A stretch of 64,000 nt of DNA from the human T2T-CHM13v2.0 reference genome, Homo sapiens. The translations under genes were made by a program, and so were the position numbers. The notes beneath the pieces were generated by a model, which worked only from the letters and a program-made list of their open reading frames with translations, was not told the DNA's origin and searched no databases. The stretch is from assembly GCF_009914755.1 (NCBI RefSeq), contig NC_060942.1. One strand, given 5' to 3'. This document shows, piece by piece, positions 48,946-63,039 of this stretch. Position 1 is the first letter of the stretch, and each line of letters starts with the position of its first letter.

Positions 48946-50224
48946 TTTCTTAATGTGGAGAGAAATCTTCCTTAAGCCGCTGTAATTTGTATCTCTGTTA
49001 TTAGCAGCTGAATGCAATTCCTAATTGATAGGGTGGGAATGTGTTACTGAGTGCTGATTAGCTGGACAGAAATCTTACACCAACACACTAAAAAGTCAGA
49101 AGTAACTGCTGATCTAGTCATGCGTTCTTACCCATCAGCATTACTTTTTTTCATGAGGTCAGACAAGATTGTCAGATATATAACAAAGATATGACTGTGT
49201 TCTAATTTTCTATTAACATTATGATGATAAGAAAAGATTGGCTTGTCTTTTTATTTAGGTCCTGTTAAGGAGTCTCCACATGATTACTTCTTCGTAAGTG
49301 CTTGCAAACTTTTTGTTTAATGATCTGTTCCCGCTGTCTTTTGGCATTTTTCTGGTCTTCATAATTCCACCAAGATTAAGGATAGTGGTTTGACAGTTGG
49401 GTCTACAAATCCTGTCCTAGTTGGAATCCTCAAATGCTGAAGTGAGCAAATATTCCCCATTATCATTATCCAGTAATCAAAATCATTTTAGCGACTTGAT
49501 TTGGCTTCATGCTGAGCAGTAGATGTGTTCTGGGGGAAAACTATATATACATCACATTGTTATAAATTAATTCCTATTTTAAATGAACTGGGAAAGCTTG
49601 TCACAGCAGAGGATAATGCAGTGAATCCTTCTATAAGGCAAATAATTCCATTATATGAATAATCACCCTCTAATTTAGTTCTCTATGAATATGTAATGTT
49701 CAAATAATGGGGATTTCAGGGTTTTTTTTACATATGGAGATTAGAGCTGAATGTTTGCTTATATTCAATTCCTCTTTTCTTTTTTTAACATCATCATCAT
49801 CATTGTCTTCAATGTTGTTTGTTGTCATCACCAGGAAAGGCACCAAATTTTAGAAATACATGAAAAGAGCTGCCTTACTAGAGGTTGTCTTATCCACCAA
49901 TAAGCAGGTCTTGTTCTGTGCTGAGGAATCCTATAGCTTCCTCAGTGTCTACATTCAATGGTACAGAATGATTACCTGGTTGTGTGACCTTGGACAAATC
50001 ACAAATTATATAAACTCTCTGGGTCTCAGTTTATTCATCTGTAAAATGAGAATGATGATGGCACATTACTCATGGGGTTGACTTGAGGATCAAATGTGGC
50101 AACATAGAGTGTCTATGTTATGTGTTCAATTAATGTCAGCTATTATAATTGCTTTTCGAAGTCGTATTATCATTAAACGTTCAGGTTAGACAAGCCCTCC
50201 CCTTAAAAAAATAACTATGACTGC

Positions 50225-50985
50225 ATCACACCCATTAGAATGGCCACTATCCAAAACAAGCAAACAAATAAATGGAAAATAACAAGTATTGGCAAGGAAG
50301 CAGAGCAATTGGAACACTCGTGCACTGTTGTGGGAATGTAAGATGGTGTAGCCACTATGGAAAACAGTATGGTAGTTCCTCAAAAAACTAAAAGTAGAAT
50401 TACCATATAATCCAGCAATTTCCCTTCTGGGTATATATTCAAAAGAAATGAAAGCGAGGACTCAAAGGGGTATTTGTAGACCCACGTTTGTAACAGCATG
50501 ATTCACAACAGTCAAAAAGTGGAAGTGACCCAAGTGTCCATCCATGCACAAGTGGGTAATCAAAACGTGGTATATACATGCAATGGAATATTATTCAGCC
50601 TTAAAAAGAAATGAAATTCTGACACGTGCTACAACAGGGAATAACCTTGAGGGCATTATGCTAAGTGATGTAAGCCAGTCACAAAAGGACAAATACTGTA
50701 TGATTCCACTTACATGAGGCACTTAGATTAGCCAAATTCATATTAACAAAATGTAGACTAGTGGTTTCTAGGAGCTGGCGACAGAAGAGAATGGAGAATT
50801 GTGTTTTGGTGAGCACATAGTTTTAGTTTTGCAAGATGAAGAGTTTTGTTGATTAATGCTAGTGATGGAAGCATAACAGTGTGAATTTACTAATGCCAAT
50901 TTTAAGTGTGCAGTAAGCATACAATTAAATGTTTAAGATGGTACATTTTATGTCATGTGTATTTTACCATTTTTTTTAATAAAAA
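50225..50985 (+). mobile_element. L1MB-class 3' end
   Basis: tatgctaagtgatgtaagccagtcacaaaaggacaaatactgtatgattccacttacatgagg. Confidence 0.85.
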
Positions 50986-51550
50986 GATTTTTACTATTTT
51001 AAAATTATAAAATAACCACCATGATTAGGAGTTTTCTATACCTAGGAAATGGGAACACATCCAGTGGTAGAAGATTGTAGGGAATGGAGAAGTGACAGTG
51101 TGGCCAACCCAGAATGCTCTTTAGCAGAACTGAATGCCTGTCATAGCTGACAGATGAGCCACTCAGAACATGCTTGCATTTGTCAATGATCCCTCCAGCT
51201 GACTCCACAGTCGACTGGTTTCACAAAGCATAACACTGGTTGTGATTTGTGTCTGGGTAACCACAGCTTCCAGAGATGGGCCCTGTCCAAGAAGCTGGTA
51301 TTCAAAAATTACAACTCAATTGATAGGAGAAGAGTTCACTGGTACTGGCTTAGTAATTAAATTGCGAGGTGATTATTAGTCTGCTCAGGCAAAAAGATCA
51401 CATGTGAGTACTTTAAGTAGCCTAAGACTAAAAAACTCCTCCCAGAAAAAAAAAAAACAAACCTGTAACTAAATTCATACCATTTTCTGCCAATTATAGA
51501 TGCCCTCCAGTGACTTTAAGGTTGCCACAGCAACATGCCCACTGAAAGGT

Positions 51551-51933
51551 TGTCTTAGTCCATTTTGTGCTTCTATAACAGAATACCTGAGACTGGGTAA
51601 TTTATAAAGAGAAGATATGTATTTCTTACCTTTCTGGAGGCTGAAAGTCTAAGGTATAGGGGCCCACATCTTGCAAGGACCTTCTTGCTGTGTCATCCCA
51701 TAGTGGAAGGTGGAAGGACAAGACAGCACACATGAGCAAGAGATCAAACTCACAGACTGAAGCCCTTTCATAATCAGCATTAATCCATTACGGGGTGGAG
51801 CCATCATGACCTAAACACCTCCTAGTAGGCCCTGCCCCCCAACGCTGTTGCATTAGGGATTAAGTTCCCAACACATGCTTTTTGTTAAAAAGAAATGTGT
51901 TAAATAATGCATTGGGACATATTCACTATAGCA
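51551..51933 (-). mobile_element. MST-class MaLR solo LTR (MSTB/C-like)
   Basis: tgtcttagtccattttgtgcttctataacagaatacctgagactgggtaatttataaag. Confidence 0.85.
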
Positions 51934-54856
51934 TAGGGCATGATTGCTAAGTCCTGAAATATATGGATATAGCAAAGAGAGAATGTTTCACATCTTATCT
52001 CTGTGTCAAGCCAAAATTTTCTTCTAGGGGTAGGACAGGTGAACTGTCACCAGGCAGCTCTCCTCTCTTCTGTGGCGCAATCTGAGGTCCCAAGCTGGCT
52101 TGCCACCTCTGCCACTGCCCCACAGGGAGCACAGCAGCCCGGCATTTCCCCTACACTGCTCCCTTCCCCTGGGTGGTCTCCCAGTCCACATAAGCTAATA
52201 GGCATCCTCCCTTGTTTTTCTGAAAACCTCCTCTGCCACCTCTCCCAAGCAGGGTTCCCTGACCAAGTGGCAGCTTGGTGCTTTCTAGAGCAGATCCCAT
52301 TCAATCACCTAGCTCTGCACAAAATAAATTCAAAGGCTTCACACACCCTTTGCCTTTGTTCAAGTCCCAGACTTGCTGAAAATCAGCTGACTCCTGTGAA
52401 GGTGATAATGGGGAGTAATGCTGTGAACCACACTGATACTGAAGACACATTCCAGAAAGCTGCTGATGAGGCAAAATTTGGTCTATCAGGTCTGACATTG
52501 CATGTACCAGACGTGCTGCTACTTAAAGAAATGATGGCTACTTCTTTTGTAAAAGGGATAACCATCTTACAAAGTGTCTTTTGTGTAAATTTCTATTTTT
52601 ATATATTAGTAGGTACATTTTAGAATTTAAAAAGCTGTCTTGAGTCATTTCTGGAAAGAGTGGAGTATAAACAAATCTGATAATTTTGCCAAAACGGAAA
52701 AAGAGGTGGGGTGAGGGTAGTGGATCTGCATGTGAGAAAGGGACAGAATGACAGCTCATGAAGAACCATGAGAACAGATCCTGATTCTGCAAGTTCTACT
52801 GAACCCTCAGAGGCCCTGCTGAAGATGAGGATGAGGATTACTGGGATTAGGGCACAAGCCAGTGTTGGATCTCACAGTCTGGGTCAGGCTGGGAGTGGCT
52901 CCCACAGTCTGGGCCATACTCTACTGTCTACCCGCATTATAACTGAAAAACAAAATCTAATCTCACCCTTTTGAGTCATAGAATAAAGTCCTAATTGGTC
53001 AAAACTTTTGTTCCTGGTCCCACACAGCCTATCACTTGGGTAACAGCAAAAATAACAACAATAATAACCAAAAAATAAAACCTGGCGTTACTATAAGTCC
53101 TTACTATGTGTGAAATGCCTTGTATACATCATCTCCTTTAAGCCTTATAATGACTTACTGAGATATGTTCTATTATTTCTCTCTTTTGTAGAGGAAATGG
53201 AAGCTTAGAGTTGCCCAAGGTCAAGTGGTGATAAAAGGGGAAGGCAGGATGCAAATCCTGGTGTCTGCCTCCTGAGTCCAGTCTTGAACCAATGACACAC
53301 AACTAACTTTCTGGACTTCGTGCCTCCTCCTCCCCATTGCTCAGCCCCTCCCCGATGTGAGTTCCCACTTCTAAGCTCCTGCCTGCCTATCACTGGGAAA
53401 GCCCCCTTTCCAGCCCTGGTCCCATCCTATCACACTCATGCCTGGCTCGGTTCCACTTCTCCCTTGAATGTCTCTCTGCTGCTCTAGCTTACAAGGGTTG
53501 CCTTTTCCCTGAACAATCACTCTGTCTATATTACACATATGGCACACCTTGGATTTTAATATTTTACTGCCATTTCTGTTTAAAATGTGTATGTCATCTG
53601 AACTAAACTGTGAGGTTCTGTAAGCCTAAATTAATGCCCACTTTTGTGTGTGCTGGTCATTCATATTCAACTTTGAACAAATGCGTTATATATAATAAAT
53701 ACTAGGGTATAAAGGATCATTTAAATAATTTTTTAATGTTATCTATAAAGAGTTTTTAATAACAGAAAATATGTGTTTAATTTTATTACATGAGAAAAGC
53801 AACATGCAAACATGCATAAGCAATGCCATCTCAGCTATTATAATTCCACATGATAAATCACGTGTAGAAAATTTGAAACATAAAATATACAGGGTAATAA
53901 ATAGGGCAAGAAAGGCATGGAACCTCATTCAGATTTAGTGACTGCATCTTCATTATTTCCTGCAATCATTTTCTTATTAACAAATTAGAGAATGTGACAA
54001 ACACTCAAAATCCAGAATGTAGTATGTGGACCCCCTACTATGTATGTCTCAAAATGAGCCACCAGCATGTCTGAAGAAAATATTGTGATATTTACTGAAA
54101 TTTATTTTTATGTCAAAAATAGGCAAAAAGAGTAAACTTCCCTAAGCGCAAAGGATCTTTTGAATCATTAACATAAATGAACACATACACATCTCTGAAG
54201 TCTCAATTTAAAAGAAAGAACACTTTATTATAAATGCACCATTGAGGAAGAATGATGTTTCCAAAATTTCCTGCAGCTGGAGTACAGGTGCTCACCAGGG
54301 ACTCAGAGAAGGTAGATCCTAATGTCTTGAGATGAGGGGCGTAGTTAACTCACTGGCTCTGAGGCCCACAGCTCTGGGTAGACCACCACCTACCCACTGG
54401 CTGTGTGCCCCTTGGTAAGCTACTTCACCCCTTCCGGTCTCAGTTTGTTCCCCTGTAAAAGTTGCTTTGCCAACTAAGTGAGACAAAGCACACAAAAAAA
54501 GTTTCGCTTGTTGCTCTGTAAATAGTAATAGCTCAATTAATATAGTAGCTATTGTTCTTTGAAAGGGGACTTAGAGATCCTGGAAGGCTCAAGGGCAATT
54601 ATTTTGCAGATATTTCAGAACAAGACTTGAGCAGACAGGATTTATAAACTGACTGAAGAGGGAGACACCTGGGATAGAAAACGGAAGGGCATCTTCAGCA
54701 GGGGGACAGTCCCAGCTAGAGGGATCATATTGGCCTAACTCCTCTCTCTGCACTTCCTGTCTTTCAGGCTGTTCTAGATGTGGCTCTTCAAACTACAAAG
54801 ATCGGAAGTCACTCAACCTAGCGCAAATTAAAGGGGATTACTACAAGAATATGGAG

Positions 54857-55058
54857 TGTATTAGGCTGTTCTTGCATTGCTATAAAGAAATATCTAAGGC
54901 TAAGTGATTTATAAGAAAAGAGGTTTAATTGGCTTATGATTCTGCAGGATGTACAGGAAGCATAACACTGACATCTGCTTCTGGGGAGGCCTCAGGAAGT
55001 TTTACTCATGGTGCAAGGTGAAATGAGAGCTTTCAAGTAACATGGTGAAAGGAGAAGC

Positions 55059-55089
<31 letters not shown>

Positions 55090-55295
55090 GTGGGGAGGTG
55101 CCACATACTTTTGAATGACCAGATCTCACATGAACTCACTCACTATTGTGAAGATAGCACCAACGGAATGGTGCTAAACCATTCATGAGAAATCCACCTC
55201 CATGATCCAACCACGTCCCACCAGGCCCCACCTCCAACATTGAGGATTACAATTCCACATGAGATTCAGAGGGAACACAGATCCAAATGATATCG
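54857..55295 (-). mobile_element. MSTA-like MaLR solo LTR with an internal (GA)n
   Basis: tgtattaggctgttcttgcattgctataaagaaata...aggccccacctccaacattg. Confidence 0.9.
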
Positions 55296-58131
55296 CAGAG
55301 GTATATGGAGTCCAAGAGAGGCATAGTGAGGGAGAACTGAAAAGGTAAGGAACTGAGGCTACTCTAAACATGTCTCTTTCCCTCTCCCTCCTCTTTCCCC
55401 CCTCCACTCACTTCTTCTGCTTACTTATCTTGCACTCGACCCACCTAAAACACAAGCCTTGACCTGAGCAGCCATCACCAATGAGCAGAGAGAGGTTTCT
55501 CAGCCTCTTACTTCAGATTCTTACAAGAGGAATTCTGATTGGCTCAGTTCCTCTGATGGAGCCACATCCACTCAAGTCCAGCCTAGCCCAAGATCCCATA
55601 GATCGGGTGTATACCTGTGGTGTGATCAGCACTGCCTGCCCCTCCCATTTTTTTAGAGTGTAGACTGGCAAACAAGGAAACTTGTCTCTTGCAGAGATGT
55701 GGGGTGTATCTTTGTCCAGGCCTTCACCATGAACAAGGCTGTGGTGCTCACGCCACCGACTTAGGAGGTCTGACCTTGAACTCTGGGAGACTTGAGGAAT
55801 GTCTGATGACTCACAGGCTGACATTGAATCAGTCCATGTCCTTAAATCTTGCAAAAGGAAATCTGCTTATTTTATATTCCCTCATGGACTTCAGGGCTTT
55901 GTTTAACAAATATTACAAACCTTTCCTGCTCTGCTGGAATTAAACAGCTTAAAATTCATCCTTTTGGCTACTTAATTTTCTTGCTTCTTTTGCCAGTGAG
56001 ATTATAACATTCTTGAAGGGAGAATTTCAGGTGTGGTGAAGATCTTAGAGATCATTGAGGCCAACCTTCTCATTTTACAGGTGTGGAAACTGAGGCCCAG
56101 AGACAGGAAACGTCACACAGCAGGAGAGGGGCAGGTGGGACCCGGGATCCCGTTTCACACACTGTGTTCCCCAGAGTACCTTGCCATGTCTTAGGCACAG
56201 CATTGTCCCAACAAATATTCAATTGCTTTATTTCATATTCTGCTTTTGCTTTTCTCAAGCTCATTGTTCTCTATTCACATCCCTTCTCTACCACCGACTT
56301 CAATCTTAGGGGATCACTTTGCATGTGCCTTTCAGGTGTTGGTCTTTGGGGTTGTGTAGTGGAAGGTGAGATGAGGCATGGGTGAAATTTCACCTGGTTC
56401 TATCAAGCTGTTATCTCTCCAGGCCAACACCACGGTAACAGAGCGTAGACACTAGACTACCAACTTCCTTCCTTCTGCACTGTCAGTGGCCTCCAAACTG
56501 CATGATGAAGCCACTCTCTAGCTCCCACAGTAAGTCACTAGTTCTGCAATGCCTCCTGGGCCAACACCGCATAACAGGAATTTTGGCCACTGCTGACCTT
56601 CTCCCAGTGGGAAGTAACAAGTGGATGTAGCCCCACCTTCCTCCCAGAAGCCTTCTCTGATCCTTGTAGCCGACTGGGAACTCTTAGTTCATTTGACATC
56701 ACTCTCACACAGTGGAGCGCTTCATTCATTTTCCTGTTATCTGCTGGGCATCAGCCTGGTCTCAGCTCCTGAAGGTAGGTAGCTTCTCTCCCCCAGCACC
56801 TACCTAGGCTCCCACCAGGCCTTCAGTCAATGTGTGGACTGACCAGTAACTTTTCCCTGGAACAGCTATGGCTACGGGGGTGAGTGGAGAGAAGTCATGG
56901 CAAGAAAGGAGAACTAGTATTTTTTGCTATTATCTTAGGCAAGTGTGAATGAGGAGAAGCAACTCCTTAAAACAAACAGAAACATTCTGACTTTTCATTT
57001 CTAGGCAGACAGGGAAACTCCTGGCCACTCAAAATCGGTCACAATTAAACCAATGCTAGCATCATTTGCTTCAGGAATCTCCAGTTCCTTCACTCTGCAC
57101 CCATTAGCTCTTCCGACCCAAGCCTGCAGGTTGGGCATGAAATCAATCCCAGAGCAGAGAAGGAACAACAGACAACGGGCCACATAAGCCCCAGGCCTCC
57201 CACCTGGGGGAACTCTGGTCTGAGGCATCTACAAGGCCTTCCCCTCAAAGATCCCCATTCCAGCCTGAAATGCCCATCATCAGAGGCCACTGAAGAGAGC
57301 GCTCAATAAGAAGACAAAAGTGTCAGAGTTAGAGGAGAGAATCAGAAGAATATCTTATATGTTAATGACAGTTTATTAGACTGGAGGTAGAGCCCAGAGC
57401 CAGGCACTGAGGATGTGGAAAACAGGAGGGAAGTTTGGGTGGGCAGGCAGCAGCAATGCAAAGCCCCAGGCACTGCCCAGAGGAGGCAGCATTAGGTGGG
57501 GCAGCAGGGTAGGGAGCAGAGGAGCATGAAGAACTTTAGCTGATGTGGGTTAAGAGAGCTAGGCCAGGAGCAGGGGAAGGTTAGAATTGGGTCCAGGTTC
57601 CTTGAAGACAAACCTAACTGATTTCACATATTAAGATGTGTCACCCTCAGGAATCCTTCCTGCACTACTAGCTCTGCTGGTGTGAGTCTGCAGAAAGAAA
57701 AATTCAGGGATCATTTTTGAGGGCCAGAAAGACTCAGGACAAGAAAGGGCATCAGCCATCTTTGAGCACTTTCCATGTGACACAGTCAGCATAAACCCAC
57801 GATCACCACTGGTTCTCACAAGGCCAAGAAAAGTTGTTGAGTAAGTGGCCCAAGGTCATCCCTTATGAATGTTAAGTAAGCTGCCCAAGGTCACAGAGCC
57901 AGGACGTATCATGCCTGGGATTCAAACCCAGGGGTCACACTGACACCAGAGCCTGTGGTTCCCACTGCCCCCTCACCCTAGGTGCATACCCCAAACGGAG
58001 GTGTGTGCTCTCCGTGGAAGCTTCACGTTCCACATGTTGCTCAACCTCTAGCCTCTCCTCACCTCTGAGGGTGCGATTTAAGCAAAAGCAAAGCCAAAAC
58101 CCAGACAATTTTATTCTTATTTCCTTTGCAG

Positions 58132-58178
58132 GTGGCATGCCTGTCACACAATATGTAAAAACCAACAATGACAACAGG
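58132..58178 (+). other. Candidate 47-bp internal exon
   Basis: Acceptor ttttattcttatttcctttgcAG and donor AGG|GTAAGT in non-repeat sequence. Confidence 0.45.
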
Positions 58179-58843
58179 GTAAGTAAATGGGAATTTGCTG
58201 AATGTGTATATTCCAGTATTATTATATAATATTTTGTAAACCCAGGAAATTGTCCAGATGTTAAAGCATACAAATAACTCACTGCTGAGCCAATGAGGCA
58301 TAAATGCTAAGAGGGACAAACCAACGGGAAGAGTCAGGTGTGCTTAAACCTGTTGCTTTGGAGTGGACGACGGTTGCCTGCCACCCAGACAACTGGCCTC
58401 TAGTACCCACTCTGTACCGAATCATGGCTGGGCATGAGTTGCTTAACTCTCTGGGCCTGTTGCCTCCCTCCTGAAGGGAGGGAATGACAGCCACCATGGC
58501 CTTTGGTACAAGAATCAAATGAGTTGTTCTATAGGATGTGAATGTCTATGCTGTTTTGTGTCTCAAGCCCGGGAGACAAGTTCTCCACACAAAACAAAAT
58601 CCCACCCATCCTTCAAGGCCCATGCCACTCTCCATGGCTAATTTTTTAAATTTTTTGTAGAGAAGGAATCATGCTATGTTGCCCAGGCTGGTCTTGAGCT
58701 CCTCAGGCTCCAAAACTGCTGGGATTGTAGGCCTGGGACCTTTCGAATTAGCTCTCTTCTCTCATCTGAAGCCTTTGTACCCTTTAACCTTAATCAGGTG
58801 CTTATCCTTTCCTCTCTCTTTGTTAAAAATCTTAGAAATTCTT

Positions 58844-59465
<622 letters not shown>

Positions 59466-59949
59466 GGGTTTCTACAGCAGTTTATACTGCATCACACAGT
59501 TCCTCTAATGAATTTCTAGCCCCCTTCCCTGTTGGGGCATACAGTATTTTATTCAGTATTTCTCCTGAAGGCCTCTCTGTGCCAAGCTCAGTTTTAACCA
59601 AAACATTGGTGATCTGGTTAAGTCATTACTGAATTATCCACTACGTTGAATTCTCCCAACCACCCCGTCCCAGCCCTTAGCTTGGCCGAAGGAAAATTAA
59701 TTGGTTGCAAAGTGCGTATCTAATTACAACAGCCAGCCCCCGACACAGAGATGCTCAAATGTTAATTATAACATATGCATCTCAATAACCGACGGTGGCA
59801 TTTAGTGCAGCATTAATCACGCCACTTGGGCCCCCCAGTGCATACACAAAGCTCCTTTTCATCTGCCATTAGCACAGACTTTGCACTTTCGGCACGGACG
59901 TTCTCATCCTTAAAGCCTTTCGGACTCTAAAACCAACGTTTCCCTGTAA

Positions 59950-62790
59950 GCCTGGACTGCGCCTAAGCCCCCAGTTCTCCCACCGCAGAGGCCCCCACCC
60001 AGGGCTGCGCCAGCGCCGTGGGGTCGCTGGGCGGCGGGTTTTGGCGTCGCTAGACTGGGCTGTCTTGGCAGCTAAGGCGACATCCCGAGCGTCCTGGGGC
60101 CACCCTGCTCTCCAGGGCCCGCCATCCTGGAAAAGAAAGGCGAACTACATTACCCAGCAGGCCTCCAGCCGCCCTCTTTCCTTTCAAGTCTTTGCACGTG
60201 GCCGGAGGGGAGGGCGGGGCCTGAACGTCACTCTCCTACATTCTCTTTCCCTGTGTCAGATCAGGGATCATTTTTTTTCCTTCCTCTACTCCCTCCCCCC
60301 TACCCGCCCCTCCCTCCCTGTTTCCCTTCCCTCCCTCCCTCCCCTCTCTGCTGGGTCTGTGCGCTGGGGCGCCCGATCCCCTCCGCAGCTGGGACGCTCC
60401 GAACTCGAGGCAGGAGTCGGCTCTCCGGAGCCTCGTCCCTCCCTTCCCCTTCCCTGCCCCCTTCCCCCACCCCCGACTCGGGCTTGGCGCGGCGGCCAGA
60501 GGAACCCCGAGGTGAGCATCTCCTCGCCCGTCCTCCTCTTATAGTCATCTCAGCTTGCTGATCGATTCGGGGACCCGGGAGGAGGGCTGCGTGACGTGGG
60601 CGTGCTTATAGATAAATCCGGGAAAACCGCCCCAAACAATCAGCCCCCTTCCCCCCATCCCTGCTCCTGGGCCAGCGGGGTGTCCGCACCCATCTACCAT
60701 CCCCTCCTCCCCCTCGGTGGGGAACTGCACTCCACAGTGTCGCCCCCTCCCTGGGTTTGTCCCATTCCCTGCCGGGTTCCCCGCCCCGCGGGGTGTCGTG
60801 GCCCTGGAGCTCCGGCGCCAAGGGGGGCTCTTGGGGGACGCACGGCTGGAGCCCGGCTCGCTTTGGAGCTGCGCGGTGTAGCCGCTGTCATGTGCCGGGT
60901 TCCGACCTGGGAGGAGGAAAAGAGCGAGCGCGATTCCTCTCCCTTTTGTTTTGAAGCCCGCATTTGCTGCATCGAGCAGTTGGTTTAGTATCAGCCAAAC
61001 TTGCAGCTGTTCAGACCGCGCTCCGCCGAGGTAGGGAGCCCGTCTCGGGGTGGCGTTTGGGGGCCGGGGGCTGCGGCACTCGGGGCTGCGGGAGGGACCC
61101 CGAGAGTGTGTCGCCACGCCGCCCCTCCCTTCCCCGGTGACTGATTGTGTCTGTGGCAGCGGGCGTGTGTGAGTGTGCGCGCCCGTCCCCGCGGGCTCGG
61201 GGATGTCTGTGGATGGCTGTCGTCTAGACAGGGCGCAGCCCCCTCCCTGCGTCCCCGGTGAGCCCGCGGGCCGCGGGGGGAGCGGGGGATGGGAGCAGAG
61301 GAAGAAACCAAATCGGTGGACCCGTTGCGGTCTCCCCTTTGGTTATTCCCAACGGTTGTGGTTCTGTTGGCTTTTTTTATTATTCCTGTCGCTGCGGTGC
61401 AATCGGGCCTGGGGAATAGATACGCCCGGCGGAGAGGGGTTCACTTGACAGGCTCTGAAAAGCCACCTCTGGGTGGCGAGTGACCCGAGAGGCCGTGGGG
61501 TGGGCTCCGGCTCGGGTTCATCAGGACGACGAGCAGGTAACTGTCCCGGGCTCCGGTCATGGGGGAGGGCGGGCGGGGGGGCGATGGCTTGGGCTGCGGC
61601 GAAGGTCTGGGGCCTCGGAGGGCCGCGTGCCGGTGCCTGGATGTGGCCGGAGGGGGCGTCCGGGACACCGCGCGCCTGAGCCGAGTGTTTCTCTATTGAT
61701 GGTAAAAGACAATCGGGAGGGGGGTGGTCCGAGCCCGTTATCTGGGCGGCGTTGGCTCTGTTTGGTTCCGCGGAGTTTTCAGGGTTGGGGCTGGGGGGTG
61801 TGAGCACCGCGGGGTGTGCGGCGTGTAGAGGGGAGGGCTGACTGGCGGCGCCGCGTGCGTCTCCACCCCGAGGAGTGAGGCGTCGCCTCCCCCGCCCGGC
61901 TGTTTGTGTGTACACACGGCTCCGGTGTGTGTGGGGGGCGGGGACCGCAGACCGCGGCGTAGTGGGGACAAGCGTGGGCCCCGATCCTCCGCGCGACCTG
62001 TCCCGCCAGCCCCCTCCTTGTCTAAGTCGGGGTCGTGTGTCCCCGCGCGCGCGCGCCCGAGTTACTTGGAGAGGGGACCGTGCGGCTGTGGGCCGGGGAA
62101 GACCGTAGGGTCGCGTGTGCTGGTCTTCGGTGCAGGAGTCCCAGGTCCGCTGTGCGGCCGGAGTCACACAGCCCCTCCCTCCGCGTCCGCGACGCCCCGT
62201 GACCCGGCAGACTGGGGGTCCACCCGGCGGCGCGGGGGGTTGGTTTGGCTGCGCCGCCCCCAGTCCACGCTGGGGTGACCCCGCACCGAGGCGTTCTATG
62301 GGTGTGCGTGCCCGCGCTCGCCGCCGCTGCCTTCGCAGACCGGGGAGAGAGTCAGCGACTGCCAACCGCAGCCCCGGCTCTTCAGTCTGGGGACAGTGGG
62401 AGCCCAAGCCCAGCGCGCCCCAGCCCGGCCCAGGCCGCCGCCCGCCCGGCGCTGTGTCTCTGCGGCCCGAGGATTATCCCCCAGTCCAGGGGCCCGCGCG
62501 ACCAAGGAGGAAGCCGCTGGAGCCGCCGGCTCGGCCGCGGCTAGAGCCTCCGTAGGGCGAAAGTGACACAGCGCGAGCGAGCGCCGCCGCTGCTGGAGCC
62601 AGGGCCGAGAGGAAGGAGCCGCCCAGAGCGCAGGGAGGGGCCGCCGGCTGTCCGTTCCCAGTTCCTCCTGCCCAGGGCCCGATCTGGGCTGAAAACCTCA
62701 GGAATCCAGGCTCCTAGCAGGCTCGGGCTGCGCGAGGAGATGGCCTGGCTTTCAAGAAAACCCAATTATACGTGAACAGAATGCACCGAA
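59950..62790. promoter_or_regulatory. CTIF: CpG island / promoter region
   Basis: Abrupt switch to very GC- and CpG-rich sequence; E-box CACGTG at 60195-60200, GC box GGGCGG at 60212-60217 and CRE-like AACGTCA at 60224-60230, just upstream of the first exon. Confidence 0.93.
60230..60511 (+). other. CTIF: Non-coding first exon (5' UTR) of CTIF (CBP80/20-dependent translation initiation factor, KIAA0427)
   Basis: ATG-free pyrimidine-rich segment ending GAG|GTGAGC (donor at 60512). It matches my recollection of the CTIF mRNA leader (...gcggccagaggaaccccgag) and fits the recalled POLR3G pseudogene upstream. The start coordinate is approximate. Confidence 0.75.
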
Positions 62791-63039
62791 CAGACGCTAG
62801 AGGATGGCCAGGACACGCTCAGGTTGTCTGGGGAAACTCCTGAGTGTTTGACACAGGATTCGATTTACACACAGATCACCTCATCTGTGTCAAGTATCTG
62901 TCCTGGATAATGGATGCTCAGAGGCAGCAATTTTGTAACACATTCTAGGGCACAGTGTCATCAGTGATTAACAGCTTGCTAGAATAATAATATGTTTGTA
63001 TGACCTTACAGGGCAGGTTTTCTTCCCCCAGAACCTCCC

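Noticed and set aside
52003-52623. 206-aa ORF in non-repeat sequence
   Set aside because: Non-ATG start, no recognisable homology and no clear splice boundaries; a BLASTP/PhyloCSF check would be needed to revive it.
60041-62775. Long ORFs (up to 354 aa) on both strands of the CpG island
   Set aside because: Pro/Arg/Gly-rich low-complexity frames expected from stop-codon scarcity in GC-rich DNA; no recognisable domain.
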